From positions 32,654 to 64,653 of the forward strand of contig CAZMGY010000026.1 in the NCBI GenBank assembly GCA_964565945.1: a DNA stretch of 32,000 nt, given 5' to 3'. Origin of the DNA: an uncultured bacterium (GTDB lineage Bacteria > GCA-001730085). This document shows positions 7,881 through 17,578 of this stretch, piece by piece. The notes under the pieces are model-generated. The model was not told the DNA's origin, made no database searches, and was given only the letters and a program-made list of their open reading frames with translations. Within the stretch, counting starts at the first letter, position 1. Each line of letters starts with the position of its first letter. Both the position numbers and the translations under genes were made by a program.

Positions 7881-10250
7881 GTGAGATCTTTTTTTTTAAG
7901 TATTTATGTATTTTCGGTGCTCATTAGTTCCGTTCTTTGGGGGCTAGCTGTGCCGAGCTTTGTCGGTGATATTAACTATATTCAACTAGGGAGCGACTAT
8001 TTTCTCTCGTTTCGTTTGCCCGAAGAGACGAAGGAATACAGCCTTACACATCATAGTGTGAAATTTTCTATGCAAGGCAGCACCTTTAACGCCTATCAAG
8101 GGAAGAGTGTCTACCTTCTTCCAGAATTAAAGATTGATTGTTTGAAAGATCTAGCCATCGATAAGGATTATGCTAGGGCTTTGCTTCGTTTGATTATTGA
8201 TTTGAATGAGGAGGAGATCTTACGTCGCACTAAGGTCATGTTGCTCAATTCTCTAGTCAAGTTTATGGCATATATGTTGGACGATAGCGATGTGGAATCG
8301 ATTATGAGGCCTTGGTTGCAAAACTTAACGTTTAGTTCGTTGGAGGAGGCCATTATTGTGTCGGATGTGGAATGGAAAGAGCGAGAGGGTTTTAATTTGA
8401 TTCTTTTAGATCCATTCTATATGGGTGATAACGTTTATTATGGTCCCGTTGTGTTCGAAAACAAGAATGTTCATTTGATTAAGCATACAAGTAAAGCTGC
8501 GAAGGATTCTGTGCTTCGTAAGTCTGGGCAGACGTATTTGTTTACTAATCATGCGTATTTGTTTACTAATCATGTTAATAATATTGAGATAAATGAATTG
8601 TTGAATGATTCTGAGCGGCAGGTTGTGGAAGATTTTTTAGCCATTAATATCCGAGAAACGATCTACTTAAAAAAGATCGAGCATCAAAAGTTACCAGATT
8701 TTTCTTCAATACTGGGAACATATTGGCTTTCCCCGAAACATGTCGAAGAGTTTAGGCAATATGGGAATCAAGACAGGATTTGCGCCTTATATCATGAGTT
8801 GATTGCCGATGGTGTCGAAGAGGCCCGAGTTAAGGAATGGATGCTTCGTTTGATGGCTGCTTATTATCAAGATCCAGTGACCATGGAGCCTGTTATAGGA
8901 GAAGATAATGTTGTGCGCAAGATTGAGCCAAGTAAGGGGCATCGGATGGATATTAACGAAATACTCTATCTTGAACTGGCGATGAATGTGCTGATAGATG
9001 CTAGAAAACATTTGATTAAAGAAGAAAAGGATGTTCGTCGGCAGAGGGCTTTTTGGGGCATGGTCAATGTCAATCTAGAAAAGATTGTCCAAGGGATACA
9101 TTTGATTCCACTAAGGTTCCATTCGAAGTTGATTTTTCATCGGGCTCAGCACTTGTGGTCGCAATTGACTTTTTTGTTCAATTGTCCCGAAATAGACTAT
9201 TGGCAAAAGGTCCCAAATAATCCAGCTTGGATGCCTCTAGAACAAGAGCAAGCTGCTTTTGATTTTTATGCCCAGCCCAGAAGGCGTAAGGATTTGAATA
9301 TTTTGTATAAATGGATGTTTGATATATACGAACATCAGCATCCACCAAAGCATGTGATGGAGTTTTTGAATGCTCACCGCCAAACACATTTCTATCATCC
9401 TAAGTTCTGTAAGCTCGACGGGAACATGACCTCTTGGTTAGGCTTAAAGCTTAAGAAAAAAAATATTCGAGAGCAGAGAGACTTCTTAGGATTGATGGAG
9501 GGTGCCGATCGGCGTTATCGAAGCTATGGTATTCAAAGCGAATTGTGGTTTGAGCACTTAGCTAACAATATGGATAATTTTGAAGAGCTACTGCGTAATC
9601 ACATGTTATTCTCCCCTTCGTCCCCAATGTTCGCTACAGTTTTAGCCGATTTGATTTATGTTACGTTTCTCTTGGAGAAACGGCCTAAGATTGCAAATGA
9701 CAACATCGGACAAACGCTTCTTAAGATTTTGAAAGATCCTGAACAGTTTTCTCAATGGAACATAGAAACAATCCATGGACTTTTGGATGAAATTGTGCAA
9801 AAAACAAAGGGTGCTGGCTTTGACCAAGAGAATCCTCGTACGCTTGATGATCTCATAGGAGAAATGGGTTGGGGCAAAGGGTCTATGGAAAAGCCGACTT
9901 GGCAAAGTTTGTTTTTGTATTTTGTTTTTCAAGATGAGAGACAAGATAATCTTCTAAATGTGCGTGTGCGTCAGAGTTTTGCACTTAGTGATAGGGAAGA
10001 GCCGATCTATATTGAACTTTCGCATGACTCTTACGATGCTTTAAAAGCAATGATCGAGGAATGGGGTTATGGTGATTATGAGCTTATTCTTAGTGATACG
10101 AAGCACGGGTTTCCAACTTCTCTCGTGATAACCGAAAATAACTATTTACGTGTTTTTCATTCGAGGTTTATCGACAAGGGACAACTTTATCTAAGGCCTA
10201 AAAGGGGATCCTCAACGCAGATCTATAAATTTATTTTTAAACAAGCTTAA
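7881..10250 (+). CDS. Orphan 789-aa protein with N-terminal signal peptide or membrane anchor; function unknown
   Basis: This is a long uninterrupted ORF. The GTG at 7881 is the 5'-most possible start, because an in-frame TAA lies at 7869-7871. The N-terminus MRSFFLSIYVFSVLISSVLWGLA/VPS has the n-region, h-region and A-x-A-like layout of a Sec signal. I recognised no catalytic or domain motif. Confidence 0.7.
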   Translation: MRSFFLSIYVFSVLISSVLWGLAVPSFVGDINYIQLGSDYFLSFRLPEETKEYSLTHHSVKFSMQGSTFNAYQGKSVYLLPELKIDCLKDLAIDKDYARALLRLIIDLNEEEILRRTKVMLLNSLVKFMAYMLDDSDVESIMRPWLQNLTFSSLEEAIIVSDVEWKEREGFNLILLDPFYMGDNVYYGPVVFENKNVHLIKHTSKAAKDSVLRKSGQTYLFTNHAYLFTNHVNNIEINELLNDSERQVVEDFLAINIRETIYLKKIEHQKLPDFSSILGTYWLSPKHVEEFRQYGNQDRICALYHELIADGVEEARVKEWMLRLMAAYYQDPVTMEPVIGEDNVVRKIEPSKGHRMDINEILYLELAMNVLIDARKHLIKEEKDVRRQRAFWGMVNVNLEKIVQGIHLIPLRFHSKLIFHRAQHLWSQLTFLFNCPEIDYWQKVPNNPAWMPLEQEQAAFDFYAQPRRRKDLNILYKWMFDIYEHQHPPKHVMEFLNAHRQTHFYHPKFCKLDGNMTSWLGLKLKKKNIREQRDFLGLMEGADRRYRSYGIQSELWFEHLANNMDNFEELLRNHMLFSPSSPMFATVLADLIYVTFLLEKRPKIANDNIGQTLLKILKDPEQFSQWNIETIHGLLDEIVQKTKGAGFDQENPRTLDDLIGEMGWGKGSMEKPTWQSLFLYFVFQDERQDNLLNVRVRQSFALSDREEPIYIELSHDSYDALKAMIEEWGYGDYELILSDTKHGFPTSLVITENNYLRVFHSRFIDKGQLYLRPKRGSSTQIYKFIFKQA
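8533..8574 (+). repeat. Perfect 2 x 21-bp tandem duplication inside the 789-aa ORF
   Basis: The unit cgtatttgtttactaatcatg occurs at 8533-8553 and again, identical, at 8554-8574. It is in frame and gives ..YLFTNHAYLFTNHV.. Confidence 0.95.
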
Positions 10251-10280
10251 AAGGATCACTGATGAGGATCAATTCCTGGC

Positions 10281-10309
10281 TTGATTTTATCCTAATGTTA
10301 TAGTATGAT
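10281..10309 (+). promoter_or_regulatory. Sigma70-type promoter candidate for gltB
   Basis: The elements are TTGATT (10281-10286), a 17-nt spacer, then TATGAT (10304-10309). An overlapping extended -10, TGtTATAGT, lies at 10296-10304. It sits in the 122-nt gap upstream of the gltB ATG. Confidence 0.55.
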
Positions 10310-10372
10310 ATCTTGGATACCTTTAGGGTTTCCCTATTAAAGTTTAAAGGAAAATCTAACAAAGAGGTTGTT

Positions 10373-13300
10373 ATGCCACGTTTTTTACCAAAAAAAGAAG
10401 GTTTATATCGCCCCGATTATGAACATGATGCGTGTGGGGTGGGGTTTATTGCTCATCTCAAAGGACAAAAGTCACATGATATTGTGAGCAAAGGTATCGA
10501 ATTATTGCTTAACTTGGAGCATCGTGGTGCGGTGGGTGCCGAACATAACTCTGGTGATGGAGCTGGTATTTTAATTCAATTGCCACACGCTTTTTTTCAA
10601 TCCCTATCGGGTGAATTGGGGTTTGAGGTTCCTGAATTTGGTCATTATGGTGTCGGACAGGTTTTCTTGCCTCCTCAGGAAGATTTGCAAGCCCAATGTC
10701 GTGAAATTTTTGAATGTTGTGTGCGTGAATGTGGTCAAGAGGTCTTGGGATGGCGTTCAGTTCCTCAGGACAATTCGGTCTTAGGTAGCATGGTCAGAGA
10801 GCTTGAACCAGAAATGGCTCAGGTGTTCATTAAACGTGACGGAGGCTGTCCCGACGACTTGGCTTTTGAACGTAAGTTGTTTGTGATTCGCAAATACGCC
10901 CAAAATCAAATTTTAAAGCAGGTTAAAGGTGCCGATCAGTATTATTACGTTGGTTCACTGTCTTACAAGACGGTGGTTTACAAAGGTCAGTTGATCACCA
11001 CTCAGTTAGCGGGCTTTTTTGATGATTTGCGCAATCCCGAAACAATCTCGGCGATTGCTTTGGTTCACAGTCGTTTTTCGACCAACACCTTTCCAAGTTG
11101 GCCTTTAGCGCAACCGTTTCGTTATTTGGCTCACAACGGTGAGATTAACACCCTGCGCGGGAACATCAATTGGATGCGAGCTCGTCAAAGTTTGTTTAAA
11201 TCAAATGTGTTCACCGAGGACGAAATGAGCAAAATTTTACCCATTTTGGATGAGGATGGATCAGATTCGGCCGTTTTGGATAATGCAATTGAATTTTTGA
11301 CCCTGGCAGGTCGTTCATTGCCGCATGTGATGATGATGATGATTCCCGAAGCTTGGGAAAAACACACTGAAATGAACCCTGAACAAAGAGCTTTTTATGA
11401 ATTTCATGCAACACTCATGGAGCCTTGGGATGGACCCGCTTCGGTGATTTTCACCGATGGTCAATTTATTGGTGCAACCTTGGATCGTAACGGTTTGCGT
11501 CCTTCGCGCTATTGCTTAACCAAAGATGATGTTTTGGTGATGGCTTCCGAGCAAGGTGCTTTGGAATTTGTGCCCGAAGATATTGTTCTTAAAGGGTGCT
11601 TGCAGCCAGGCAAAATGTTTTTAGCCGATCTTGAGCAAGGCTGGATTGTTCCCGATGTTGAAGTGAAAGCTCAGTTGGCGAATGCTCAGCCTTATGGAGA
11701 ATGGATTGATCAACAAAAAATCGAGCTAAGTGATTTGCCTTTTGATTACCCCGTTAAACAGCCCGATCATGAGACGACTCTTAAACGCCAGAAGTGTTTT
11801 GGCTATAGCTTGGAAGAGCTAAGATTGCTTGTAGAACCAATGTTTAGCACTGGGTACGAAGCGATTGGGTCGATGGGTAATGATGCGCCAGTGGCGGTTT
11901 TGTCGGATAAGTCGATCAATTTGTTCAACTATTTTCATCAACTTTTTGCTCAGGTGACCAATCCTCCGATTGATCCAATCCGTGAAGAAGCCATTATGAG
12001 CTTAACCACGTTTTTAGGACCCCAAGGTAACATTTTGGATGAGAAGGATGAGCGTTACTTTGTCGAAATGCCTCAGCCATTGATCACTGATGAGCAAATG
12101 GCTCGTTTGAACGGAGCCAATACCGAATATTTGAAAGCGAAAACATTGCCGATGTTGTTTGATCCGAAAAAGGGAGGTCTTAAAATAGCTGTTGAAGCTT
12201 TGTGCGATGTTGCTGTCCAAGCGGTTCAGGAAGGCCATTCAGTGATTGTTCTTTCGGATCATTCTGTGAGTGCCAGCCAAGCGCCGATTCCTTCGCTATT
12301 AGCGACATCCGCGGTACATCATCGTTTGATTAAAGCTGGATTAAGAACACAGTGTGGTTTGGTAATTGAGACGGGTGAGGCTCGTGAGGTTCATCATTTT
12401 GCTGTCTTGATTGGTTATGGAGCCAATGCGATCAATCCATACTTGGTCTTTGAAAGTGTTAAAGATATGCAACAGCGTCACTATTTGGATGCGGAGATTA
12501 GCCAAGAACAAGCTGAAGCCAATTTTATTTATGCCGTGGGTAAAGGTTTATTAAAGATCATGTCTAAAATGGGTATCTCGACCGTTCAGTCCTACATGGG
12601 GGCGCAGATTTTTGAAGCGGTTGGATTAGGTGAAGAACTGATTGATAATTATTTCTGTGGAACAGCTTCGCGCATAGGTGGTATCGGTTTTGCCGAGCTT
12701 GAAGAAGAAACCTTGATTCGCCATCGTTTTGCCTATCCTTCGAAAGATACCGAGGGGGATCATACCGATATTGATGGCGGAGGTCAGTATCAGTGGAGAC
12801 AACGAGGCGAGCGTCACTTATTCAGCCCAGATGTGGTGCATTTGTTACAACGTTCGGTGCGTCAAAACAATTATGACATGTATAAGCAGTTTACCGTTTT
12901 GGTTAACGATCAAAATAAACAATTGTTAACCTTGCGTGGTTTGCTCGACTTCGATAATCGCGAATCAATTTCGCTGGATGAAGTTGAGCCGAGCGAAGCT
13001 ATTTGCAAGCGTTTTGCGACTGGTGCTATGTCTTACGGCTCAATTTCAATAGAAGCCCACACAACTTTGGCAATCGCTATGAACCGGATTGGTGGCAAAA
13101 GTAATACAGGTGAAGGGGGTGAAGATCCTAAGCGATTCGAGCCCATGGAGAACGGCGACAATGCCTGTTCTGCCATTAAACAAGTGGCTTCGGGACGTTT
13201 TGGCGTAACGTCCAATTATCTTGTGCATTCCGAAGAAATTCAAATCAAGATTGCTCAGGGAGCTAAGCCTGGTGAGGGTGGTCAGCTACCTGGTTACAAA

Positions 13301-14893
13301 GTGGATGATATTATCGGTAAAGTTAGACATTCAACGCCTGGTGTTGGTCTGATATCACCTCCTCCTCATCATGACATTTACTCGATTGAGGATTTGGCTC
13401 AGTTGATTTTTGACCTTAAAAACTCAAACACTTCGGCGCGGATTAATGTAAAATTGGTGTCCGAGGTTGGTGTGGGAACTGTGGCTACTGGTGTGGCCAA
13501 GGCACACGCCGATGTGGTGTTGATTGCGGGCTACGACGGGGGAACAGGTGCTTCTCCGCAAACATCGATCAAGCATGCAGGTTTGCCTTGGGAGCTTGGT
13601 TTGGCCGAAACACATCAAACACTTGTTAAAAATAAATTGCGCAACCGTATTGTGGTTCAGACCGATGGTCAAATTCGTACTGGACGTGATTTGGCAATTG
13701 CGACTCTTTTGGGTGCCGAGGAATGGGGTGTGGCCACTGCAGGATTGGTGGCTATCGGTTGTATTATGATGCGTAAGTGTCATTTGAATACCTGTCCAGT
13801 CGGGATTGCGACGCAAGATAAAGATTTACGGGTTCTGTATCATGGTGAAGCTGATCATGTGGTGAACTACTTCCGTTTTATGGCCGAAGAGCTTCGGGAA
13901 ATTATGGCCGAACTTGGTTTTCGCACGGTTAATGAAATGGTGGGACGCGTTGACAAGTTGAAAGCCCGTAAGGATGTTTCGCATTGGAAAGCCAAAACCT
14001 TGCGTTTGGAAGATTTGTTGCACAAAATGGCTGAAAGCCAAGATGGTCAAGATTTCTGTTATGAAACTCAAGATCATGGTTTGGAAACAGCTTTGGATTA
14101 TGAACTTCTAGCCAAAGCGAAAGATGCGATTGAATCCAAAAAACCTGTTCAAGAGAACATTCATTTGCGCAATATCAATCGGACAGTCGGAACGATTTTA
14201 TCGGCCGAGGTGACTCGGGCTCATGGCGAAGAAGGTTTAGCCGCCGATATGATTCATTTCAAAGCGACAGGAAGTGGTGGACAAAGTCTAGGAGCTTTCA
14301 GTGTTTCTGGAGTTACCTTTGAACTCGAGGGGGACGCTAACGATTATTTTGGCAAAGGGATGTGTGGAGGTCGTTTGATTCTTTATCCTCCCAAACAATC
14401 AACCTTTGTTCCCGATGAGAATGTAATTGTTGGCAACGTAGCCTTTTATGGAGCGACCAGTGGAGAATCTTATATTCGCGGATTGGCGGGCGAACGTTTT
14501 TGCGTAAGAAACTCTGGGGTTGAGGTGGTTGTTGAAGCTGTCGGGAATCATGGTTGTGAATATATGACGGATGGTCGTGTGATTATTTTGGGCGAGATCG
14601 GTCGTAACTTTGCTGCAGGGATGAGTGGTGGAATTGCTTATATCTTTGATGAGAACGATACCTTAACGCATCGCATCAATTCTGGCTTAGTTGATTTAGA
14701 ACAGATTGAGGATGGTGAGGAATCTAGCTTTGTGAAAGGCAAGATTCAAAATCACTTCGATTACACAGGAAGTCGCAATGCAGAGCGTATTTTGCAAGAT
14801 TGGGACATGAACAAAACTAAGTTTATCAAGGTTATGCCTCGCGATTACAAGAGAGTCTTGATGGAACGTCAACAGGTAGCGGCTTTTGCCTAA
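10373..14893 (+). CDS. gltB: Glutamate synthase (GOGAT) large subunit
   Basis: The ATG at 10373 has AAGAGG 6 nt upstream. [22 protein letters not shown] carries the Ntn-amidotransferase catalytic Cys. Downstream are the conserved [11 protein letters not shown] and [11 protein letters not shown] blocks, the FMN-domain GEGGEDP and [13 protein letters not shown] blocks, and a C-terminal GXGG-repeat domain. The product is ~1506 aa from this start. Confidence 0.95.
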   Translation: MPRFLPKKEGLYRPDYEHDACGVGFIAHLKGQKSHDIVSKGIELLLNLEHRGAVGAEHNSGDGAGILIQLPHAFFQSLSGELGFEVPEFGHYGVGQVFLPPQEDLQAQCREIFECCVRECGQEVLGWRSVPQDNSVLGSMVRELEPEMAQVFIKRDGGCPDDLAFERKLFVIRKYAQNQILKQVKGADQYYYVGSLSYKTVVYKGQLITTQLAGFFDDLRNPETISAIALVHSRFSTNTFPSWPLAQPFRYLAHNGEINTLRGNINWMRARQSLFKSNVFTEDEMSKILPILDEDGSDSAVLDNAIEFLTLAGRSLPHVMMMMIPEAWEKHTEMNPEQRAFYEFHATLMEPWDGPASVIFTDGQFIGATLDRNGLRPSRYCLTKDDVLVMASEQGALEFVPEDIVLKGCLQPGKMFLADLEQGWIVPDVEVKAQLANAQPYGEWIDQQKIELSDLPFDYPVKQPDHETTLKRQKCFGYSLEELRLLVEPMFSTGYEAIGSMGNDAPVAVLSDKSINLFNYFHQLFAQVTNPPIDPIREEAIMSLTTFLGPQGNILDEKDERYFVEMPQPLITDEQMARLNGANTEYLKAKTLPMLFDPKKGGLKIAVEALCDVAVQAVQEGHSVIVLSDHSVSASQAPIPSLLATSAVHHRLIKAGLRTQCGLVIETGEAREVHHFAVLIGYGANAINPYLVFESVKDMQQRHYLDAEISQEQAEANFIYAVGKGLLKIMSKMGISTVQSYMGAQIFEAVGLGEELIDNYFCGTASRIGGIGFAELEEETLIRHRFAYPSKDTEGDHTDIDGGGQYQWRQRGERHLFSPDVVHLLQRSVRQNNYDMYKQFTVLVNDQNKQLLTLRGLLDFDNRESISLDEVEPSEAICKRFATGAMSYGSISIEAHTTLAIAMNRIGGKSNTGEGGEDPKRFEPMENGDNACSAIKQVASGRFGVTSNYLVHSEEIQIKIAQGAKPGEGGQLPGYKVDDIIGKVRHSTPGVGLISPPPHHDIYSIEDLAQLIFDLKNSNTSARINVKLVSEVGVGTVATGVAKAHADVVLIAGYDGGTGASPQTSIKHAGLPWELGLAETHQTLVKNKLRNRIVVQTDGQIRTGRDLAIATLLGAEEWGVATAGLVAIGCIMMRKCHLNTCPVGIATQDKDLRVLYHGEADHVVNYFRFMAEELREIMAELGFRTVNEMVGRVDKLKARKDVSHWKAKTLRLEDLLHKMAESQDGQDFCYETQDHGLETALDYELLAKAKDAIESKKPVQENIHLRNINRTVGTILSAEVTRAHGEEGLAADMIHFKATGSGGQSLGAFSVSGVTFELEGDANDYFGKGMCGGRLILYPPKQSTFVPDENVIVGNVAFYGATSGESYIRGLAGERFCVRNSGVEVVVEAVGNHGCEYMTDGRVIILGEIGRNFAAGMSGGIAYIFDENDTLTHRINSGLVDLEQIEDGEESSFVKGKIQNHFDYTGSRNAERILQDWDMNKTKFIKVMPRDYKRVLMERQQVAAFA

Positions 14894-14917
14894 GACAAGG
14901 AACAGGATAACAGAATT

Positions 14918-16405
14918 ATGGGTAACCCGACGGGATTTAAAGAATTTGATCGACAAACACCAGATTACGTGCCAGTTGAAGAACGTGTTGAACATTTTAA
15001 TGATTTTATTCAACCGCTATCTTCCGAAGAGCTTAAAAATCAGGCAGCGCGTTGTATGGATTGTGGCGTCCCTTTTTGTCACAGTGATTATGGTTGTCCT
15101 TTGGGCAATATTATTCCTGAGTTCAATGATTATGTGTATCGTGACTGCTGGGAAGAAGCTTTTCAAAGTTTGCTGTCGACCAACAATTTTCCTGAGTTTA
15201 CAGGACGTATTTGTCCCGCGCCTTGCGAGTCGGCCTGTGTTCTGGGTATTATCAAACCACCTGTGACGATCAAAAATATCGAAGTGTCAATTAGTGATAA
15301 AGCCTACGAAATGGGCTATATGAAACCTACTCCTCTGGCACATCGCACAGAAAAAAAAGTGGCTGTGATTGGATCGGGTCCCGCAGGATTGGCGGTCGCA
15401 GATCAGTTGAACAAAGCTAGGCACTTGGTCACCGTTTTTGAACGTGAAAATCGCATTGGTGGTTTGTTGATGTATGGCATTCCTAATTTTAAGCTGGAAA
15501 AATCAGTAGTTGATCGGCGTGTTAAGTTGATGGAAGAAGGAGGCATTAGGTTTCAAACCAATGCCAATGTAGGCGTTAATGTTGATGTGGCAGACCTCAA
15601 AAAGGATTTCGATGCGATTGTTTTGGCTGGTGGATCGACCGAAGCACGTGACTTACCGATTGAAGGGCGTGATGCCGATGGTATTTATGTGGCAATGACT
15701 TTTTTAACCCAAAACACCAAACGTGTTTTGGGCGAAAAGATTCCTAAGGATCAAGAGATTTTGGCCACAGATAAGCACGTGATTGTGATCGGCGGTGGGG
15801 ATACGGGCTCGGACTGTGTGGGGACGTCGATTCGTCAAAAAGCCGCTTCGGTGACTCAAATTGAATTGATGTCGCAACCTCCTGAAGAGAGAGATGCAAC
15901 GATGCCTTGGCCTTTGTATCCACGTATTTTTCGCATTTCGAGCTCTCAAGCCGAAGGATGTGACCGTGACTTTGCGGTGTTAACCAAAAAATTTATTAAA
16001 AATGACCAGGGTCAAGTGACAGATTTGAGCTGTGTGCGGATTGAGTTGGAAACACCCGAGCCTGGACAAAGACCTGGTTTTAAAGAAGTGGAAGGTTCCG
16101 AGTTTGTGCTTAAAGCCGACCTTGTTCTTTTGGCGATGGGTTTTGTTCATCCTGAGCACAAAGGTCTTTTGGAGCATTTGGGCGTGGAGAAAGATGAGCG
16201 TGGTAATGTGAAAGCTGACGGTCAATACGCCACAAGTGAAGGTGGTGTTTTTGTAGCGGGAGATATGCATCGAGGTCAGTCCTTAGTGGTTTGGGCGATT
16301 TCAGAAGGACGTGAATGTGCTTACCATGTTGATGAGTTCCTGATGGGGCATAAGTCGCGCCTTTACCAAAAAAACCATTCATTTTCGGAGCAAAAAGCAG
16401 TATAG
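14918..16405 (+). CDS. gltD: Glutamate synthase small subunit (NAD(P)H-dependent oxidoreductase)
   Basis: The Fe-S cysteine clusters CMDCGVPFC and CPAPCESAC are present. The dinucleotide folds are VAVIGSGPAGLA and VIVIGGGDTGSDC. The product is 495 aa. AAGGAACAGG lies upstream, 24 nt after the gltB stop. Confidence 0.93.
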   Translation: MGNPTGFKEFDRQTPDYVPVEERVEHFNDFIQPLSSEELKNQAARCMDCGVPFCHSDYGCPLGNIIPEFNDYVYRDCWEEAFQSLLSTNNFPEFTGRICPAPCESACVLGIIKPPVTIKNIEVSISDKAYEMGYMKPTPLAHRTEKKVAVIGSGPAGLAVADQLNKARHLVTVFERENRIGGLLMYGIPNFKLEKSVVDRRVKLMEEGGIRFQTNANVGVNVDVADLKKDFDAIVLAGGSTEARDLPIEGRDADGIYVAMTFLTQNTKRVLGEKIPKDQEILATDKHVIVIGGGDTGSDCVGTSIRQKAASVTQIELMSQPPEERDATMPWPLYPRIFRISSSQAEGCDRDFAVLTKKFIKNDQGQVTDLSCVRIELETPEPGQRPGFKEVEGSEFVLKADLVLLAMGFVHPEHKGLLEHLGVEKDERGNVKADGQYATSEGGVFVAGDMHRGQSLVVWAISEGRECAYHVDEFLMGHKSRLYQKNHSFSEQKAV

Positions 16406-16423
16406 CTGGGGGATGGAAAACAT

Positions 16424-17521
16424 ATGGAAACCACCAAAGCGTTAGTGGTTTTAGAGGATGGATTTGTCTTTGAAGGCGAGTCTATTAGTGTATCTGGAGA
16501 GATCTGTGGCGAAATGGTTTTCAATACCTCAATGACGGGGTATCAGGAAATTCTGACCGATCCGTCTTATGCGGGGCAAATTGTTACGATGACCTATCCT
16601 TTGATCGGTAATTATGGTGTCAATGCAGAGGATGTGGAATCCGATCGGGTTCAAGTGCGTGGTTTTCTTATGAAGGAATACAGCGAAATTTATTCCAATC
16701 ATCGAGCCACGCAAAGCTTAGCTGATTATTTGAAAGAAAATAATATTTTAGCGGTGCAAGGCATTGACACGCGTAAGCTCACCAAGCATTTGCGTGAAAA
16801 GGGTGCTATGCGAGGGATTATCTCGACCGAGGATTCGGACATAAATTTCTTGCTTGCCAAGGTGCAATCATCTCCGTTGATGGAAGGCCAAGACTTTGTT
16901 CAACACGTGACGACTGATAAGTCTTATGTGGTTGAAGCGCAAGGGGACAAAAACTACACGGTCGCGGCTCTCGATTGTGGAATTAAGCGCAATATTCTTC
17001 GTATTTTTAGCGAAATGGGCTGTGAGGTTCATGTGTTTCCCGCCCGTGCAACGGTTGATGATTTGTTAGGTGTTAGTCCTGATGGCTTTTTTATTTCCAA
17101 TGGGCCTGGTGATCCTGCGGCTGTGACATATGCTGTCGAAACAATTAGAAAGTTGTTGGGGGAAAAGCCTATGTTTGGTATTTGTTTGGGGCATCAAATT
17201 TTGTCGCTGGCTTTAGGGAAAACAACCTATAAGCTTAAGTTTGGCCATCGCGGAGCCAATCATCCTGTGCAAGATGTAAGCAATGGTCAAGTGGCCATTT
17301 CGTCGCAAAACCACGGGTTTTGTGTTCACTCAGAGACACTCAAAAGCGATGAAGTTCAGGTCAGTCATTGGAATCTTAATGACAAAACGGTGGCGGGGAT
17401 TCGTCATATGAAATGGCCGGTTCTGGCGGTGCAGTATCATCCCGAAGCTTCTCCGGGACCTCAAGAAGCTCGGGTGCTGTTTGAAGAATTTATGGAAATG
17501 ATGGACAACGAACGCATCTAA
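16424..17521 (+). CDS. carA: Carbamoyl-phosphate synthase small (glutamine amidotransferase) subunit
   Basis: The glutaminase active-site context is PMFGICLGHQIL, and the C-terminal HPEASPGP block is present. The product is 365 aa. It begins 18 nt after the gltD stop. Confidence 0.95.
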   Translation: METTKALVVLEDGFVFEGESISVSGEICGEMVFNTSMTGYQEILTDPSYAGQIVTMTYPLIGNYGVNAEDVESDRVQVRGFLMKEYSEIYSNHRATQSLADYLKENNILAVQGIDTRKLTKHLREKGAMRGIISTEDSDINFLLAKVQSSPLMEGQDFVQHVTTDKSYVVEAQGDKNYTVAALDCGIKRNILRIFSEMGCEVHVFPARATVDDLLGVSPDGFFISNGPGDPAAVTYAVETIRKLLGEKPMFGICLGHQILSLALGKTTYKLKFGHRGANHPVQDVSNGQVAISSQNHGFCVHSETLKSDEVQVSHWNLNDKTVAGIRHMKWPVLAVQYHPEASPGPQEARVLFEEFMEMMDNERI

Positions 17522-17578
17522 TTTGAGAGATGTTCGCAGGCCGATAACGTCTTAATTATTAATGAGGAAGCATGCCAA

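Noticed and set aside
10251-10280. A direct repeat of aggatca (aaggatcac tgatg aggatcaa) lies downstream of the 789-aa ORF.
   Set aside because: Two 7-mers 5 nt apart with no partner elsewhere in the window could be a regulator half-site pair, but I have no supporting evidence.
10313-10372. The ORF-track TTG start at 10313 adds 20 residues ([20 protein letters not shown]) to GltB.
   Set aside because: It lies 4 nt after the candidate -10 (10304-10309) and has no SD. The ATG at 10373 has AAGAGG 6 nt upstream, and conserved GltB sequence starts right after it.
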